From Mobula hypostoma (lineage: Eukaryota): a stretch of DNA of 64,000 nt. Shown here one piece after another: positions 26,450 through 38,200 of the stretch (the stretch's first letter is position 1; every line of letters starts with the position of its first letter). Position numbers and translations under genes: made by a program. The notes below the pieces were generated by a model. The model did not search any database and was not told the DNA's origin. It was given only the letters and a program-made list of their open reading frames with translations. The stretch spans positions 54,934,001 to 54,998,000 of the forward strand of contig NC_086108.1 in the NCBI RefSeq assembly GCF_963921235.1, in the 5' to 3' direction.

Positions 26450-27450
26450 CTGTGTCTGACGCAGTCACTACCCACTTCCTCGCTATATTACTCAGCGCTC
26501 ATCTCTGATCCATGTCGACACAGAGTTGTTGTAACCTACTCTGATCAGTGCCCGGAATGAGGTGCGGTAGCCACGTGTGAATTAACGTCAGTGAAGCAGG
26601 AGCCAGGCTCGGGGCAGCCAGTCACGGGCTCTGCGCGGCCGCTCTCCTGCCGTGAGGCTCGCTGCATTCTCATCTGTCTGTGTCGCGGTAACGTCCATTA
26701 CCCAACCCGACTGTTAGTTGCCGTACCGGCATGGGCTCTTATCACAGTTACCATGATGTTCGCAGAATGATTCTTGCAGTGAGGGAGCCTGTGAGTCTTT
26801 GACAGGAGTTGGGATAAGGGCTGCGGCATGTAAGTTTTAAAAGACTGTTTTCGTTTACTTTTAGAGAGAGCTGTCAGCGGGGAGCGTATTTTAGATGTCA
26901 GACATATGAAATACCGTTTGCAGGGCGCTCAGATCTTGCAGGAAAAGTGAAATATAAAAGTTTATGTGAAACGAAACTTGCTGGGATTAAATTTATCTGA
27001 TTTAATTTGGTGAAGAATCTAGTTTGGTCTTTCAAAGATCTGCTTTACTTTCTATCCGTTAATACCAAATAGAGAATGATGAGTGATTAGAGACGTTTGC
27101 ATTTCGAGGAATACAGATTCGTGGAATGGGTGGCATGACCCTCTTGTTTTTGAGTGTAAGAAAGGGCCAAACCCTCTGCGCATCAGTACTGGACCGTCAG
27201 CGGTATCGGGCTTTTTGCATAGCTCCGTGCTAGTTACGCTATTCTACGTCGGCAGGTAAAAGTTTTGCCGAAAACTTCTTTTAAAGACCACGCCTTGCTT
27301 TACATTGTAACATTTTAACAGAGTATAATTGTAAATACAAACAAACAGAAGATCACCGAATGCAAATCGGATTCCGAAAGGAGACGAAACCGCCCGCCGA
27401 AGATATATGCCAACTCTGAACACAGGGAAAAGTTGAGCAAATGTTTCCAA
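26450..27450 (+). promoter_or_regulatory. CpG-rich island; candidate lepr promoter and 5' exon
   Basis: CpG-dense, non-repeat sequence in a CpG-depleted window. CCGGAA at 26552, CACGTG at 26572, TAACGTCA at 26583. Donor-like GTGAGT at 26791 and GTAAGT at 26830. Lies ~13.5 kb upstream of the lepr ATG exon. Confidence 0.6.
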
Positions 27451-28184
27451 ACAACTTGATAAGTCGGCTGGCTTTCACAATGGATTAATAGCTTTGGGTA
27501 TGTTTAAGCAAGCGAAATTGGTTTTTACTGTTGTCACTTTGTTGAGCAAACATTGGCATTAGTATTTAGTTAAAGTTATTGTCAGATCCAAAGTCATCAG
27601 CTGCCAAATATCTAGATTCCCACTTGTGATAGGTATCGGGCAATAATTCCTTTGCTGAAAGATTGAAATTGAGTGGATTAATCTGTCACTGTCACCTTCG
27701 GTGGGGCAGATGGATCTCTCCTTGCAGTATTTTGTATTTCTAATCGCTGTGCCACTGGCTACTGTTAGCCCCGGGCTTCCCTCCTGTCTCCCAACCTCTC
27801 TTATATGTATCCCCCAACAGATGGATCTACGTCGACTGGTTTAGACAGGGGTTCGCTAAATCTTCGAATGGGTATGACCATCTATGATTTATTTTGGTAT
27901 GTTAATGTGGTCTGATTTTATATTCCAGTAAGCTTTGCGCTGTCTGAAGTATTCCTGACCACAGTGATGCCCTGATGCTGCTTCTCATTTATGCATGCAT
28001 TTCTTACCAACATTTCTTCCTTAGTATTGGAGGATAATCTGTGAGAACTTGAAGATGCGGTTTATTTTAACAGTAATCCAGTGTGTGAGATTAATTATAT
28101 TAAAATCAATTTTGATATTTGTGCAGTTTTAACTTTCTTGCAAACAATTATGAAGATGTATTTCTACCAGTAACAGGAGATGGT

Positions 28185-29410
28185 CTACACACACTAACTG
28201 CTGGAGGAACTCAGCAGGCCAGGCAGCATCTACGAAAATGAGTAAACAGTCCATGTTTCAGGCTGAGACCCTTCATCAGGACTGGAAAGGAACTGGCAAG
28301 ATGCCTGAATAAAAAGGCAGGTGGGGAGGAGAGGGAGAGAGGACAAACTCAGGTGGATGGGAAAGGTAAAGGGCTGGAGAAGAAGGATTCTGATAGGAGA
28401 GGTGAGTGGACCATGGGAGAAAGGGCAGGAGGAGGAGCACCAGGGGAAGTGATAGGCAGGTGAGGAGAAGGGAAGAGGTAAGAAGCCATAGAGGGGAATA
28501 GAAGAAGAGGGAAGGGGAAGGAAATTTTTAGCGAAAGGAGAAATCAATGTTCATGCTATCAGGTTGGCGGCTACCCAGATGGACAATGATGTATCGCTCC
28601 TCCACCCTGAGAGTAGCCTCATCATGGCAAAAAGGGAGGCCATAGACCGACATGTCAAAATAGGAATAGGAACAAGAATTAAAATGGTTGGCCACCAGGA
28701 AATTCCGCTTTTGGTGAATGAAGCGGAGGTGTACCACAAAGCGGTCTCCCAATTTACATCAAGTCTCACCAATATAGAAGGGGCCACAGCAAGAGCACCA
28801 GGTATGATAGACAACCCCAAAAGGTTTGCAGGTGAAGTGTTGCCTCACCTGGAAGGACAGTCTGGGGCTCTGAATGGAGGTGTAGGAGCACGTGAATGGC
28901 TGGAGTAGCATTCTGTCGCTGGGGGGGGGGGGTTAAGTGCTAGGAGGAAGACTCATGGGGAGGGATGAATGGACAAGGGAATCACAGAGGGGGCGATCCC
29001 TGTGGAGAGTGAGGGGAAGTAAAGATGTGCTTGGTGGCAGGATCTCTTTGAAGGTGGGGGAGGTTGCGGAGAATGTGTTGGATGTGGAGACTCTGGGGTG
29101 GTAGGTGAGGACAAGAGAAAGTCTATCTTTGTTAAGGCAACGGGAAGATGGGGTGAGCACGGATGTCCAGGAAATGGAGGAGATGCAGGTGAGGGCAGCA
29201 TCAATAGTGAAGGAAGGGAAACCCCATTCTTTGAAGATGCAGGAATTCTCTGATGTCCTGGAAAGGCGAGCATCATCCAGGGAACAAATGCGATGGAGAT
29301 GAAGAAACTGAAAGAAGGGAATAGCATTATTACAGGACAGCAGCGATTTCTCCTCCCAGAGAAGTGTGTGTTGCTCTGGATTTCTAGCATCTGCAGTATC
29401 TTTTGTGTTT
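28185..29410 (-). mobile_element. Penelope-like element 3' part (GIY-YIG endonuclease remnant)
   Basis: DRLSLVLTYHP, GDRFVVHL and GSRQPDSMNIDFS fragments. Terminal repeat with hammerhead core CTGATGA..GAAAC at 28246-28285 (cleavage triplet mutated). Confidence 0.8.
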
Positions 29411-30394
29411 TTAGGAGATGATCTAATGTTTGTGGTGAGTCAATGTGTATTTGAAATATATTATTTAAGTTCTGAAATTAAACTTGCTAATAATAGAATC
29501 ATTCAAAACAATCTTATTGTTAGCACACAATCTTCCCCCACTACTTTTACGCAATTCTACTTCCACATAAATAATGATAAATTTTGTGGTTTTTCTTGTT
29601 CTTGATTTCCACTTGAGTGCATAAAAGCATTGCATCTGTTTTTTTTTATTGTTCTTATCTCTGAAAATACTTAAGTTGAATGCTATTTGTTTTTTTTAAA
29701 ACACCACAGGAAGGTTGCTTAAAGTATATCAAGTCAATTGCTCTCCAGTTTCTTACGACTTTGTCTTCTGAAGGATCCTTGTTTTCTCTGTGCTGCCAGT
29801 AAAACCTCTCTCTCCCTCCTCTCTTCTAATATCTTAAGTATTAAACAAGATGTGAGCCTTTTCCTCAAGATCTAAATAGGTTCCTTCAATACTCTTTTCT
29901 CCCTATTCAGCAAATGAAACAGACTCTGCAGTAATAACTCCTCACTTTATATTGCCCTTATTCTTTTGTTAAGTTAATTCTTGCAGGCTTTGAAGTCCCA
30001 TCCTAAATGCTGCTCTCAACTTACTTTTTTATTTGCCGCCCATCCTAAATTAAGGGCTAGCATACTCTGCTCTTTCTTTCCATACCCTGCTCCTTTGGTT
30101 ATACTACAACTCCTCCTCTTCAGGTAACTAACTACATGCATAATTTATTGTAGCTGGACATTCTTCCTCTGTGTCACTCTTTCCTCCTCCAATCTACAGG
30201 CTTTTGAATCGCAGATGGACATTATCCAGCCATTAATTCTAATTACCCATCTCATTTTCAACTTTTGAGAATAGTCTGAACAAATGAACCCTTAATTTCC
30301 ATTTCTGAGGAAATTCTGTATACATTTTTCCATCTGAAGCTTTATACAGTTGACTCTTGTCTTGCGTCCTTATTAATGTGCCTGACTATTTTGT

Positions 30395-30738
30395 TGTTAT
30401 TGCCCCATTACCTTGTAGATTCAGCCCAGGGAATAATTGTCAAACGTAGTTTACTTAAAAGTACATACTGTTTATTAGCAAGCTTGCATCACACAGTTGA
30501 CAAAATAGAGTAGCCACTCACAGAGCCCGGGAAAATCTGCAATTAAGTGAGCACTGTGTGGGACAGCTGTTATACATTTGTTATCACATACATACTCTGA
30601 TTGTTGTTAGGCATCCTTGGTCACTTTCCCATGGAACAAACTCTTCCGTGTTCATTAGTTATCTTTGCAACATTATTAGCCAAGCTGCAAATAAGTCAGT
30701 TAGGTCTTAGCCCTTTTAATTCTGCATAGAATTCCTCA
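30395..30738 (-). repeat. ERV 3' LTR; PPT aacaggagggaa (minus strand) at 30739-30750
   Basis: Direct repeat of 37856-38200. The PPT abuts TGAGGAAT on the minus strand. The left boundary is uncertain (30395 or 30414). Confidence 0.85.
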
Positions 30739-30949
30739 TTCCCTCCTGTTATCATTCCATGACAACTAGGATTGTCAATGTCGTACAATGTTGTACATCT
30801 TAATTTTCATTTTCGTGTAAGTAGGGTGCATAGTAACCCTTGGGATAAGCCGAAGGGCTTTCCGTGTCATCATAGTCTCCATTCTCATCATTTGTACCTC
30901 GGTCTCTCTGTGGTCCCCTTCCTTCTAGGGGGACTCTTTGTATAAATAT

Positions 30950-32166
30950 CTCTGTGGGTGTAGGGCAAAAGTACCGGCTGACAAGGGGCTGGAAACATTG
31001 GAAAAGTTCAATAAGTATGAATACTCCTGTGATGACTATAGCATTATGTAGCAGTACACTGCTCCATCCTGCGAAGATGCCGCTGACCGCTACATTCCTC
31101 CTTTTGAGCTAAAGCCATGTAGGTTGGCCCTGATTTTCCGGATTTTATTTACATCGTTTTGAATGTGAACAAAGAGAGAGGTAATGTTCTCTGATTCATC
31201 TGGGATGTAGGTGCAGCACTCTTGTCCTATAATGGCACATGCACCTCCTTTTTCAGCCAGAACAAAATCGAGGGCCATTCGGTTCTGCAGAACCATCTTG
31301 CGTAGCGCCATTGCCATCATTTCAGTGGTGATGGCCCTCACCTGATGCTGGACACCATTCATGGCCTTAGCGGTACTATTGGCCATCTCCTCCAAAACTG
31401 GGGCCAGGTTAATGATTTCTCTTGAATTGCAGCCGCCCCATAGGAGGGGAAAGCTGTCATCCAGAAGCGCTCCAGTTGTGAGATTCCTCGCTTTTGCTGT
31501 AGGAGGGAAAGGTGCTGGTCCAAGGTTTTCAGCATTCGCGTGTGGGATACAAGGTAAGCAAGGAAGCAGCATCCCATCCAATTCTTCTCTCTTGTTGCGT
31601 GTTCCATCGGCTAGCTGTCTCTCCTGGGAGCCATAAGTAGGCCCTTTCCCCATAAACCCATTAAGTTCTGTTCAGGGGGTGTGGTGATCTGGCCCTTGTA
31701 TAAATGGCATGGGTGTATTGCCCAGAAAGTAAATCCCCTTACCTTTGAAATTACAGTAGCAGATAGTATTCGTTGGTTGGACAGATCTGACAATGGTGGA
31801 GGGCCATGATGTCTGACCTCCCCATCAGATGGCTTTTTTTCTGGAGGGGATGGGGAAACAAATGTACCAATCATCAAAGCAGTGGCATTCACAGTCTCCC
31901 ATCGCATCACCGGTGCAATTTCGGGCCTCTCTAGTCTGAGTGTCATTAGAAAAGGCCCAGACTGACCATTGTTCACTGCTGTTCAGCCAAATGGCTATTA
32001 GGGGAATCCTTATATTCCCATGGGGAGGAATCACTGCACACACCCAGCAGGCAGATGAGTTAGTTTTCCCAGCATAACCATAGCAAAGCAACAGGAAGCT
32101 GTTTAGCTTGGCTACTACAATACAAGTGCTTAAGATTAGAAGTATAGACAGTAATAGCTTAGTCAT
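30950..32166 (-). pseudogene. env: ERV env, gamma-type, frameshifted
   Basis: Signal peptide MTKLLLSILLIL, SU CWVC, QQKR|GISQLERFWMTAFPSYG cleavage/fusion region, ISD LQNRMALDFVLAEKGG, CX6CC (CAIIGQECC), hydrophobic anchor near 31000-31060. Confidence 0.9.
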
Positions 32167-33406
32167 GAATGCACACGTTTGATGTGTCCTAGATATGTCT
32201 ATTTTGGAAGTCCTTGTACTGCCTTTGGAGTGGTCAGTAACACTTGGTGGGGTCCTTTCCAGTGAGGGTCAAGCCTCTTTCTAAGATGGTTCTTTACAAG
32301 AACGAAGTCTCCTGGGTGAACTCGATGTTCATCTTCCAGTTCCTCTCCTTCTCGGTGGGCCTTCTTCACCTGTGAATGCAAGACCTGGAGAGATTTGGTT
32401 AGTGCCAGGGTATAACCTATAATTTCATTCAACATTTGATTCAGGTCCATCTCAGGTAATTTTCGGGTCGGCAAACCAGCCTTCCAGGGGATTCTTACAG
32501 TCTGCCATATACTATTTTGGCTGCCGACAGACCATGTTTGTTCTGATAATGAGTTCTCATCTGGAACAAGACTATCGGCAGCACTTTGAGCTAATTTTGA
32601 CTGATTTCTTGTCCTAGTTTAGCCAATTTGTTTTTCAGTGTCCCATTAGCCCTTTCAATTAGGCCAACAGCCTGCGGTGTGCGGGGGCAATGGAATGTCT
32701 GTTTAATACCCAGAGCCTGGCATAGTTGGCGATTAATCTCACCCACAAAATGAGGGCCATTGTCAGAAACAACTTGCTCCAGTACCCCAAATCTGGGAAT
32801 GATTTCTTTCAACAAAATACGCACCACGGTATCGGCTTTGTTACCTGTGGTGGGATATGCTTCAATCCATCTACTAAAAACATCAAGAATTACAAAACCG
32901 TACTTATAGGTGTGGTAATTCGATAAAATCGAGTTGTAGTTGGCAGAAAGGGTGTCTTAGCAACGGGGCATATCCCTTTGGGCATGAGTTGCCTTTTCCT
33001 GGATTATGTTCTTGGCATATCAGACATCGTCTAGCAACATTCTCTACTACCTTCTTCAGGTCCCGGCTCCACACATTGCCTTACCATTCCCTCCTTGCCA
33101 AGGTGAGTTCTGGTTTGTACAAAATCTACAATATGGCCCAGTATAGTTTCGGCACGTAGACCTGACGGGCAGGAGTAAGCCCGAGGCCCTCGGACGGTGG
33201 GTAAAAACATCCAGCCGATTCCCAGGTGGCTTTCTATTTTCCAGAGGTGTCCCTCTGTAAAACACGCTCATCCTTAATTCCAGGCACACCCTTTGATTTG
33301 GAAACGGGGGATTCATTTTTACCCCGGCGATTCGTCATTTGGGGAACAATCAGTGCTCTAGTAAGGGCAGCTTGTTTCACAGCCGAGTCAGTTCTGTTGT
33401 TTCCAC

Positions 33407-34241
33407 TGTTACGTACCCCGTAACTGGGTTGCCAAACCAGCAGAAATGGACCACTTAGTTGGAGCCTGGATTACTGGAACTAAGGAAGTTTTATTAAAGA
33501 AATAAGCAACACAGTACTCTAATAGTAAGGATATAAATGCAATGGGGTAGCAATGAATAAACACACACGTACACAGAACTAGGATAATAGGATCAATCAA
33601 GCTCTATTGCAGTCTAGGGGTAAAATGATCAGTCACAAGTGACACAGAGTTCAGTTCAGTTTCAGTTCGCAGTAATCGCCGTCGTGCCGTTGGGGAGAGA
33701 AAGAGAACGAATGAATATGCAAATAGGATTCCAAACAGACCTTTGATATTCCTCGCAGTTAGCTTTCGGGCGAGCCTTTTGTAATGTCTTCTGAGGTCAC
33801 CGACTGTGACCCCTCCGTTCCAGATATGATCGTTCTTCTGCGGTGAACCCGGCACCCAAGCAAGGGCGGACACACAAACCGGGTACCCGTCCGACCGCAC
33901 CTTTCCACCCTGTGCGTTTATGGCTGGTTTCGTGATCAGACCTCCAAAACTCCCACCAACTTGTGGGGGCACACCGCTTCCAGGGTCTCGTTACCTCGTG
34001 GTGTCATGTGTCTGTTGCCTTAGCGAACCTGTCCTGTTTTATCCCCCTGCTGGGGTATCGCCTGTCCATCAAACTTCAAACAGTTCAGGTTCAAAGCAAA
34101 CCGGTCTCTGACAATACTCGGAACTGTGTCTCCTTTTCGTTAATCCCTCTCGTCTCTCTCTCTCTCTCATTAGCATTTTCAATGTTCCCCCATTGTCCTC
34201 TTATCAGCATCAATCTTCTGATAATTTGGTCTGTTGTTACA
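33407..34241 (-). mobile_element. Solo LTR (835 bp), family B, inserted in the ERV RNase H
   Basis: TGTTAC...GTTACA termini; perfect 4-bp TSD CCAC. Removing it restores AHTGETDRGNNRTDS. Confidence 0.9.
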
Positions 34242-34791
34242 CCACGGTCAGTCTCTCCAGTGTGTGCAGAGCGTTTAATAATGGCCAGTTGTGCAGGAAG
34301 ACAGATGGTTGTCGATGTAAATTTTATTAGTCATGGGCATGCCAGAGGAGGTGACATAACACCTAGCTTTCCAAAGTTGGCTGAAGTCATGAATCCCTAG
34401 CTTTCTAAAGTTGGTGACTCCAAAGGCATATCTCGAGTCTGTAAAAATAATGGCCGATTTTCCAATGGCTAGGATGCAGCTCTAATGCGTGCAAAGAGTT
34501 CAGCTTGCTGCGCCGAGTGAGGAGAAAGAAAGGAAGCAGACTCTGCGGTTTCTATGTCGGAAACAGCAGCATAGCCTGCATGGCGCTGGCCCTGGTTGTC
34601 TATAAAGGAGATCCCATCTACATAGAAGACTAAATCCGGGTTAGCGATGGGGACGTCAGTCATGTCAGGTCGGACTTCTGTCAATTGGTGATTTATTGTT
34701 ACACAATCATGGGGCGGTGAATCTAGACGTTCAGGTAGGCATATTAAAAAGGTGGCTGGGTTCACAGAAGAATGGGAAAAAATGGAGAAGG

Positions 34792-35608
34792 GGATTCTTT
34801 AGGAATCTGTTTAATACAGACAAGTGTGAGGTATTGCACCATAACCAATGTAGAACATACAGGGTTAATGGTAAGGCAATAAGGAGAGCAGTGGAACAGA
34901 GGGATCTGGGAATACAGATACAAAATTCCCTAAAAGTGGCGTCACAGGTAGATAGGGTCGTAAAGAGAGCTTTTGGTACATTGGCCTTTATTAATCAAAG
35001 TATTGAGAATAAGAGCTGCAATGTTATGATGAGGTTGTATAAGGCATTGGTGAGGCCGAATCTGGAGTATTGTGTTCAGTTTTGGTCACCAAATTACAGG
35101 AAGGATATTAATAAGGTTGAAAGAGTGCAGAGAAGGTTTACAAGGATGTTGCCGGGACTTGAGAAACTCAGTTACAGAGAAAGGTTGAATAGATTAGGAC
35201 TTTATTCCCTGGAGCGTAGAAGAATGAGGGGAGATTTGATAGAGGTATATAAAATTATGATGGGTATAGATAGAGTGAATGCAAGCAGGCTTTTTCCACT
35301 GAGGCAAGGGGAGAAAAAAACCAGAGGACATGGGTTAAGGGTGAGGGTGGAAAAACTTTAAAGGGAACATTAGGGGGGGGGGCTTCTTCACACAGAGAGT
35401 GGTGGGAGTGTGGAATGAGCTGCCAGATGAGGTGGTAAATGCGGGTTCTTTTTTAACATTTAAGAATAAATTGGACAGATACATGGATGGGAGGTGTATG
35501 GAGGGATATGGTCCGTGTGCAGGTCAGTGGGACTAGGCAGAAAATGGTTCGGCACAGCCAAGAAGGGCCAAAAGGCCTGTTTCTGTGCTGTAGTTTCTAT
35601 GGTTTTCT
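34792..35608 (+). mobile_element. Young 5'-truncated CR1 inserted in ERV pol
   Basis: Largely open ORF2 C-terminus (RPNLEYCVQFWSP), tail ttctatggttttct, 10-bp TSD ATGGAGAAGG (34782-34791, 35609-35618). Confidence 0.9.
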
Positions 35609-35759
35609 ATGGAGAAGGACCTCATATCTAGTGTGGTGGGAATTGACAAGGCCCAGGAATTTACGCATCTGAGTTAGCGTAGTGTATTAACAATGGGGGT
35701 TAATTAGCACAAGTCGGGGGCTAAATCTGGCACCTTCTGGTCTATTACGATCTGTACTA

Positions 35760-37536
35760 CATTGGTGCCACACTTGAAAACTAAACAAATAAATCTTTCT
35801 TTCTGACAAACTAACACACTAGATTTTTTTCAAAAAAATGTATAATGTAGTGTGCTTATATTCAGAATTGGACAAAATCAAAAATCAACCTTTCCTCACA
35901 AGGAAAGAAAACAAATATTAAAATATAGTGGATTGCTCCAGCACTGAAAATTTGAATGAACGTTTTTCCCTTTAGATGGCCTCTGTGGTTTGCTTTGAAA
36001 AACTGAACTAGACATTTCTTTCTGACAAGGCCACAGATTGTTAATACAGCTACAATGGTAAATAATGAACGTCTTTATCGGATTTACAGCTTTCCTAGAA
36101 ATGCTTTGTCTTTGTGATCTACTAACTCGTTTTAAATGGCATTCTGAAGCTTGAGTGGATTCTAACCAGTTCATATTGTTGACTCTAACTTTGTCGGCCA
36201 CCTTGCCGGGCAGGGCTCGGAGGAGAGCACAGTACTGTGGGGACTGGTTCCCGGCTACGTAGAGCGGACCTCCCGATCGTGCAGAATAAACAGCGTTAAA
36301 GCATTCTGGAAATCATCAGGGGTCTCACCTTTCCTGGGTTTACACTCTAAGTTACGTTTATGGAGGGGACCAAACGTGGGACAAGGCGTCCAATATATTT
36401 TCAATTATCCGCGGTTTGGTTTGGCAGGTCGCGCTTAACTGGTCGTAGTTGCCATGTCCGAGCCAAGTGGCGAATCGTGTCTGATCAATAGGAGTAAAGG
36501 CGGCCATAGCCGGGGGCGGGATCTCGGGAGTTAGCGGAATAGTCAGGACAGTTCTTAAATAACTACAGAACCCTTGGGGTCGACCTTTTTTGTCAGGGGC
36601 TGCATTCAGTAACCACAGAGCTCGGAAGGGATCCAGGGCTTATGGATCTGCATAGTAGGTGCTTGTCCCGCCACTCCGGCTTCTGGGTTAGGAACGGTCC
36701 TCATGGGCAATTGATACAGAGTTTGTATCGGTCCCGGTGAAACCAATGGCCCTTGTTCGGGGGTCCAGTCCGGGAAAGATCCAGTCTGACTGCATGTGTG
36801 GGCAGAAACGGGTACTGGGCTTCCCAGCCGTTTTGGAGGAACTACATCGGTCGGTGGCGATGCGATGACTGTGGAGTTGGCGCCTGGGACACCAGGGCGA
36901 GAACCATATGGGGGTGGGGAACCTGACCGTGGTAAAGCAGGCGCCGATACAATTGTGGGTAGTACGGAGGGATTATTAGGTCACTTTAGCCATTCCCAGT
37001 CATCATCAGTATCGTTTGGGGAATCGGTCGGTATGTCTGGATAGAGGCGGGGTACCCCAGAATTATTTTTATTTTCTGTTTCCCTTTCCCATTTATTCTT
37101 TCTTCCATGGCCAGTATGTTTTGTCTCTGATACAATTTCTTTCTCCGTCCCCTTTGTCTGTTTCTATCCCTTACACCATTCTTCACAAATCGCTCTCAAC
37201 TCTTGCCATCTCCACGTACGTCTAACCCTCTTCGCTTGGCATTATCGGCCCAACAATTTAATTTATGTCTTTCTTCTTTTATTTTAGCCTCTTGTCGCCA
37301 TAGGCCAATCAGGCGACCATACCCTTTCCCTGCCTTCCCTTTCCATAGCCCCTTTTCCGCCTACCGTATTACAATTAAATCAAATGTATCCTCCTGCAGG
37401 CCAATTGTCTTTCCCCATATGTTCAGACAATTCAAATGACATTTGTCTCAGTTTCCTTTCATTGTCTGGATACTTGTATATTATCTTCTGTAACGAACTA
37501 CTCCCCCACCCCCTCTTTGTCTAAGTGCGCACCCAT
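35760..37536 (-). pseudogene. gag: ERV gag (disrupted)
   Basis: MGAHLDK start at 37536, matrix WPAGGtF-like motif near 37400, PPPY late domain at 36906-36917, MHR-like ECKPRKGETPDDF near 36310-36350. Confidence 0.75.
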
Positions 37537-37831
37537 CGTATTCCGGGGGATTTAGGAGAAGACTGGAATTTCTCAATTATTCCGGGGGATTCGAACCGCC
37601 CGTCTCCTTTTTCCGGGGGACTCAAACCGCCCGTCTCCTCTTTATTCCCTTTGGGCCCCATCAGTGGATTTTCCCCTGCCAAAATGAGGGAACAAACAGA
37701 GTCGTCGGAGAGCGGAGAGGAACCAAGGTTAAAGCTTACTTTGTGGGCCCGTTCGTCTCTGATTTACCCCAACGGCCCGTTCGTCCGCTTACAGTATTCA
37801 GTTTTGGCGAGGGGGGTCTACCACATATTGG

Positions 37832-37852
37832 GACCTGCTCGCTGCTGCGCCA
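37832..37852 (-). promoter_or_regulatory. ERV primer-binding site, tRNA-Ser(UGA) type
   Basis: TGGCGCAGCAGCGAGCAGGTC versus TGGCGCAGCGAGCAGGGT expected from the vertebrate tRNA-Ser(UGA) 3' end (recalled); carries one extra GCA triplet. Confidence 0.7.
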
Positions 37853-37855
37853 AGA

Positions 37856-38200
37856 CGTCCATCTGCCTCTCTACCAGAGGACTTTAGATTCAGACCCAGG
37901 AAATAATTGTCAAACACACTTTATTTAAAAGTACATACTGTTTATTAGCAAGCTTGCGTCGCTCAGTTGACAAAACAGAGTCGCCGATCACAGAGCCTGG
38001 GAAAATCTGCAATCAAGTGAGCACCCCGAGTACTGTGTGGGGCTGCTGTTAACACATTCATACTCTGATTGTTGCTAGGCATCCTTGGCAGCTTTCCCAT
38101 GTAACAATCCCTTCATTAGTTATCTTTGCAACATTATTAGCCAAGCTGCAAATAAGTCAGATAAGTTTTAGCCCTTTTAATTCTGCATATTATTCCTCCA
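37856..38200 (-). repeat. ERV 5' LTR
   Basis: Homologous to 30395-30738; AATAAA on the minus strand; adjacent to the PBS. Confidence 0.85.

Larger units (their letters stand above)
32199..35670 (-). pseudogene. pol: ERV pol remnant (RT thumb fragment, RNase H, integrase), split by two insertions
   Basis: QMRKFLGLVN fused to TRYEVLL; NPATFL; VFYVDG..AGYA..SAQQAEL; GNNRTDSAVKQAAL; CLICQEHN; SDNGPHF; GLIERANGTLK; WKGPHQVLLTT. Confidence 0.85.
30395..38200 (-). mobile_element. Defective class I (gamma/epsilon-like) endogenous retrovirus: LTR-gag-(deleted pro/RT)-RNaseH-IN-env-LTR
   Basis: Paired ~340-bp LTRs, PBS, PPT, and gag, RNase H, IN and env motifs in retroviral order. No TSD recognised. 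Confidence 0.9.

Noticed and set aside
34696..35361. 221-aa ORF as a novel fusion gene
   Set aside because: Antisense ERV sequence running by chance into a truncated CR1 ORF2.
37580..37610. tRNA gene
   Set aside because: Only a T-arm/B-box; no A-box or cloverleaf.
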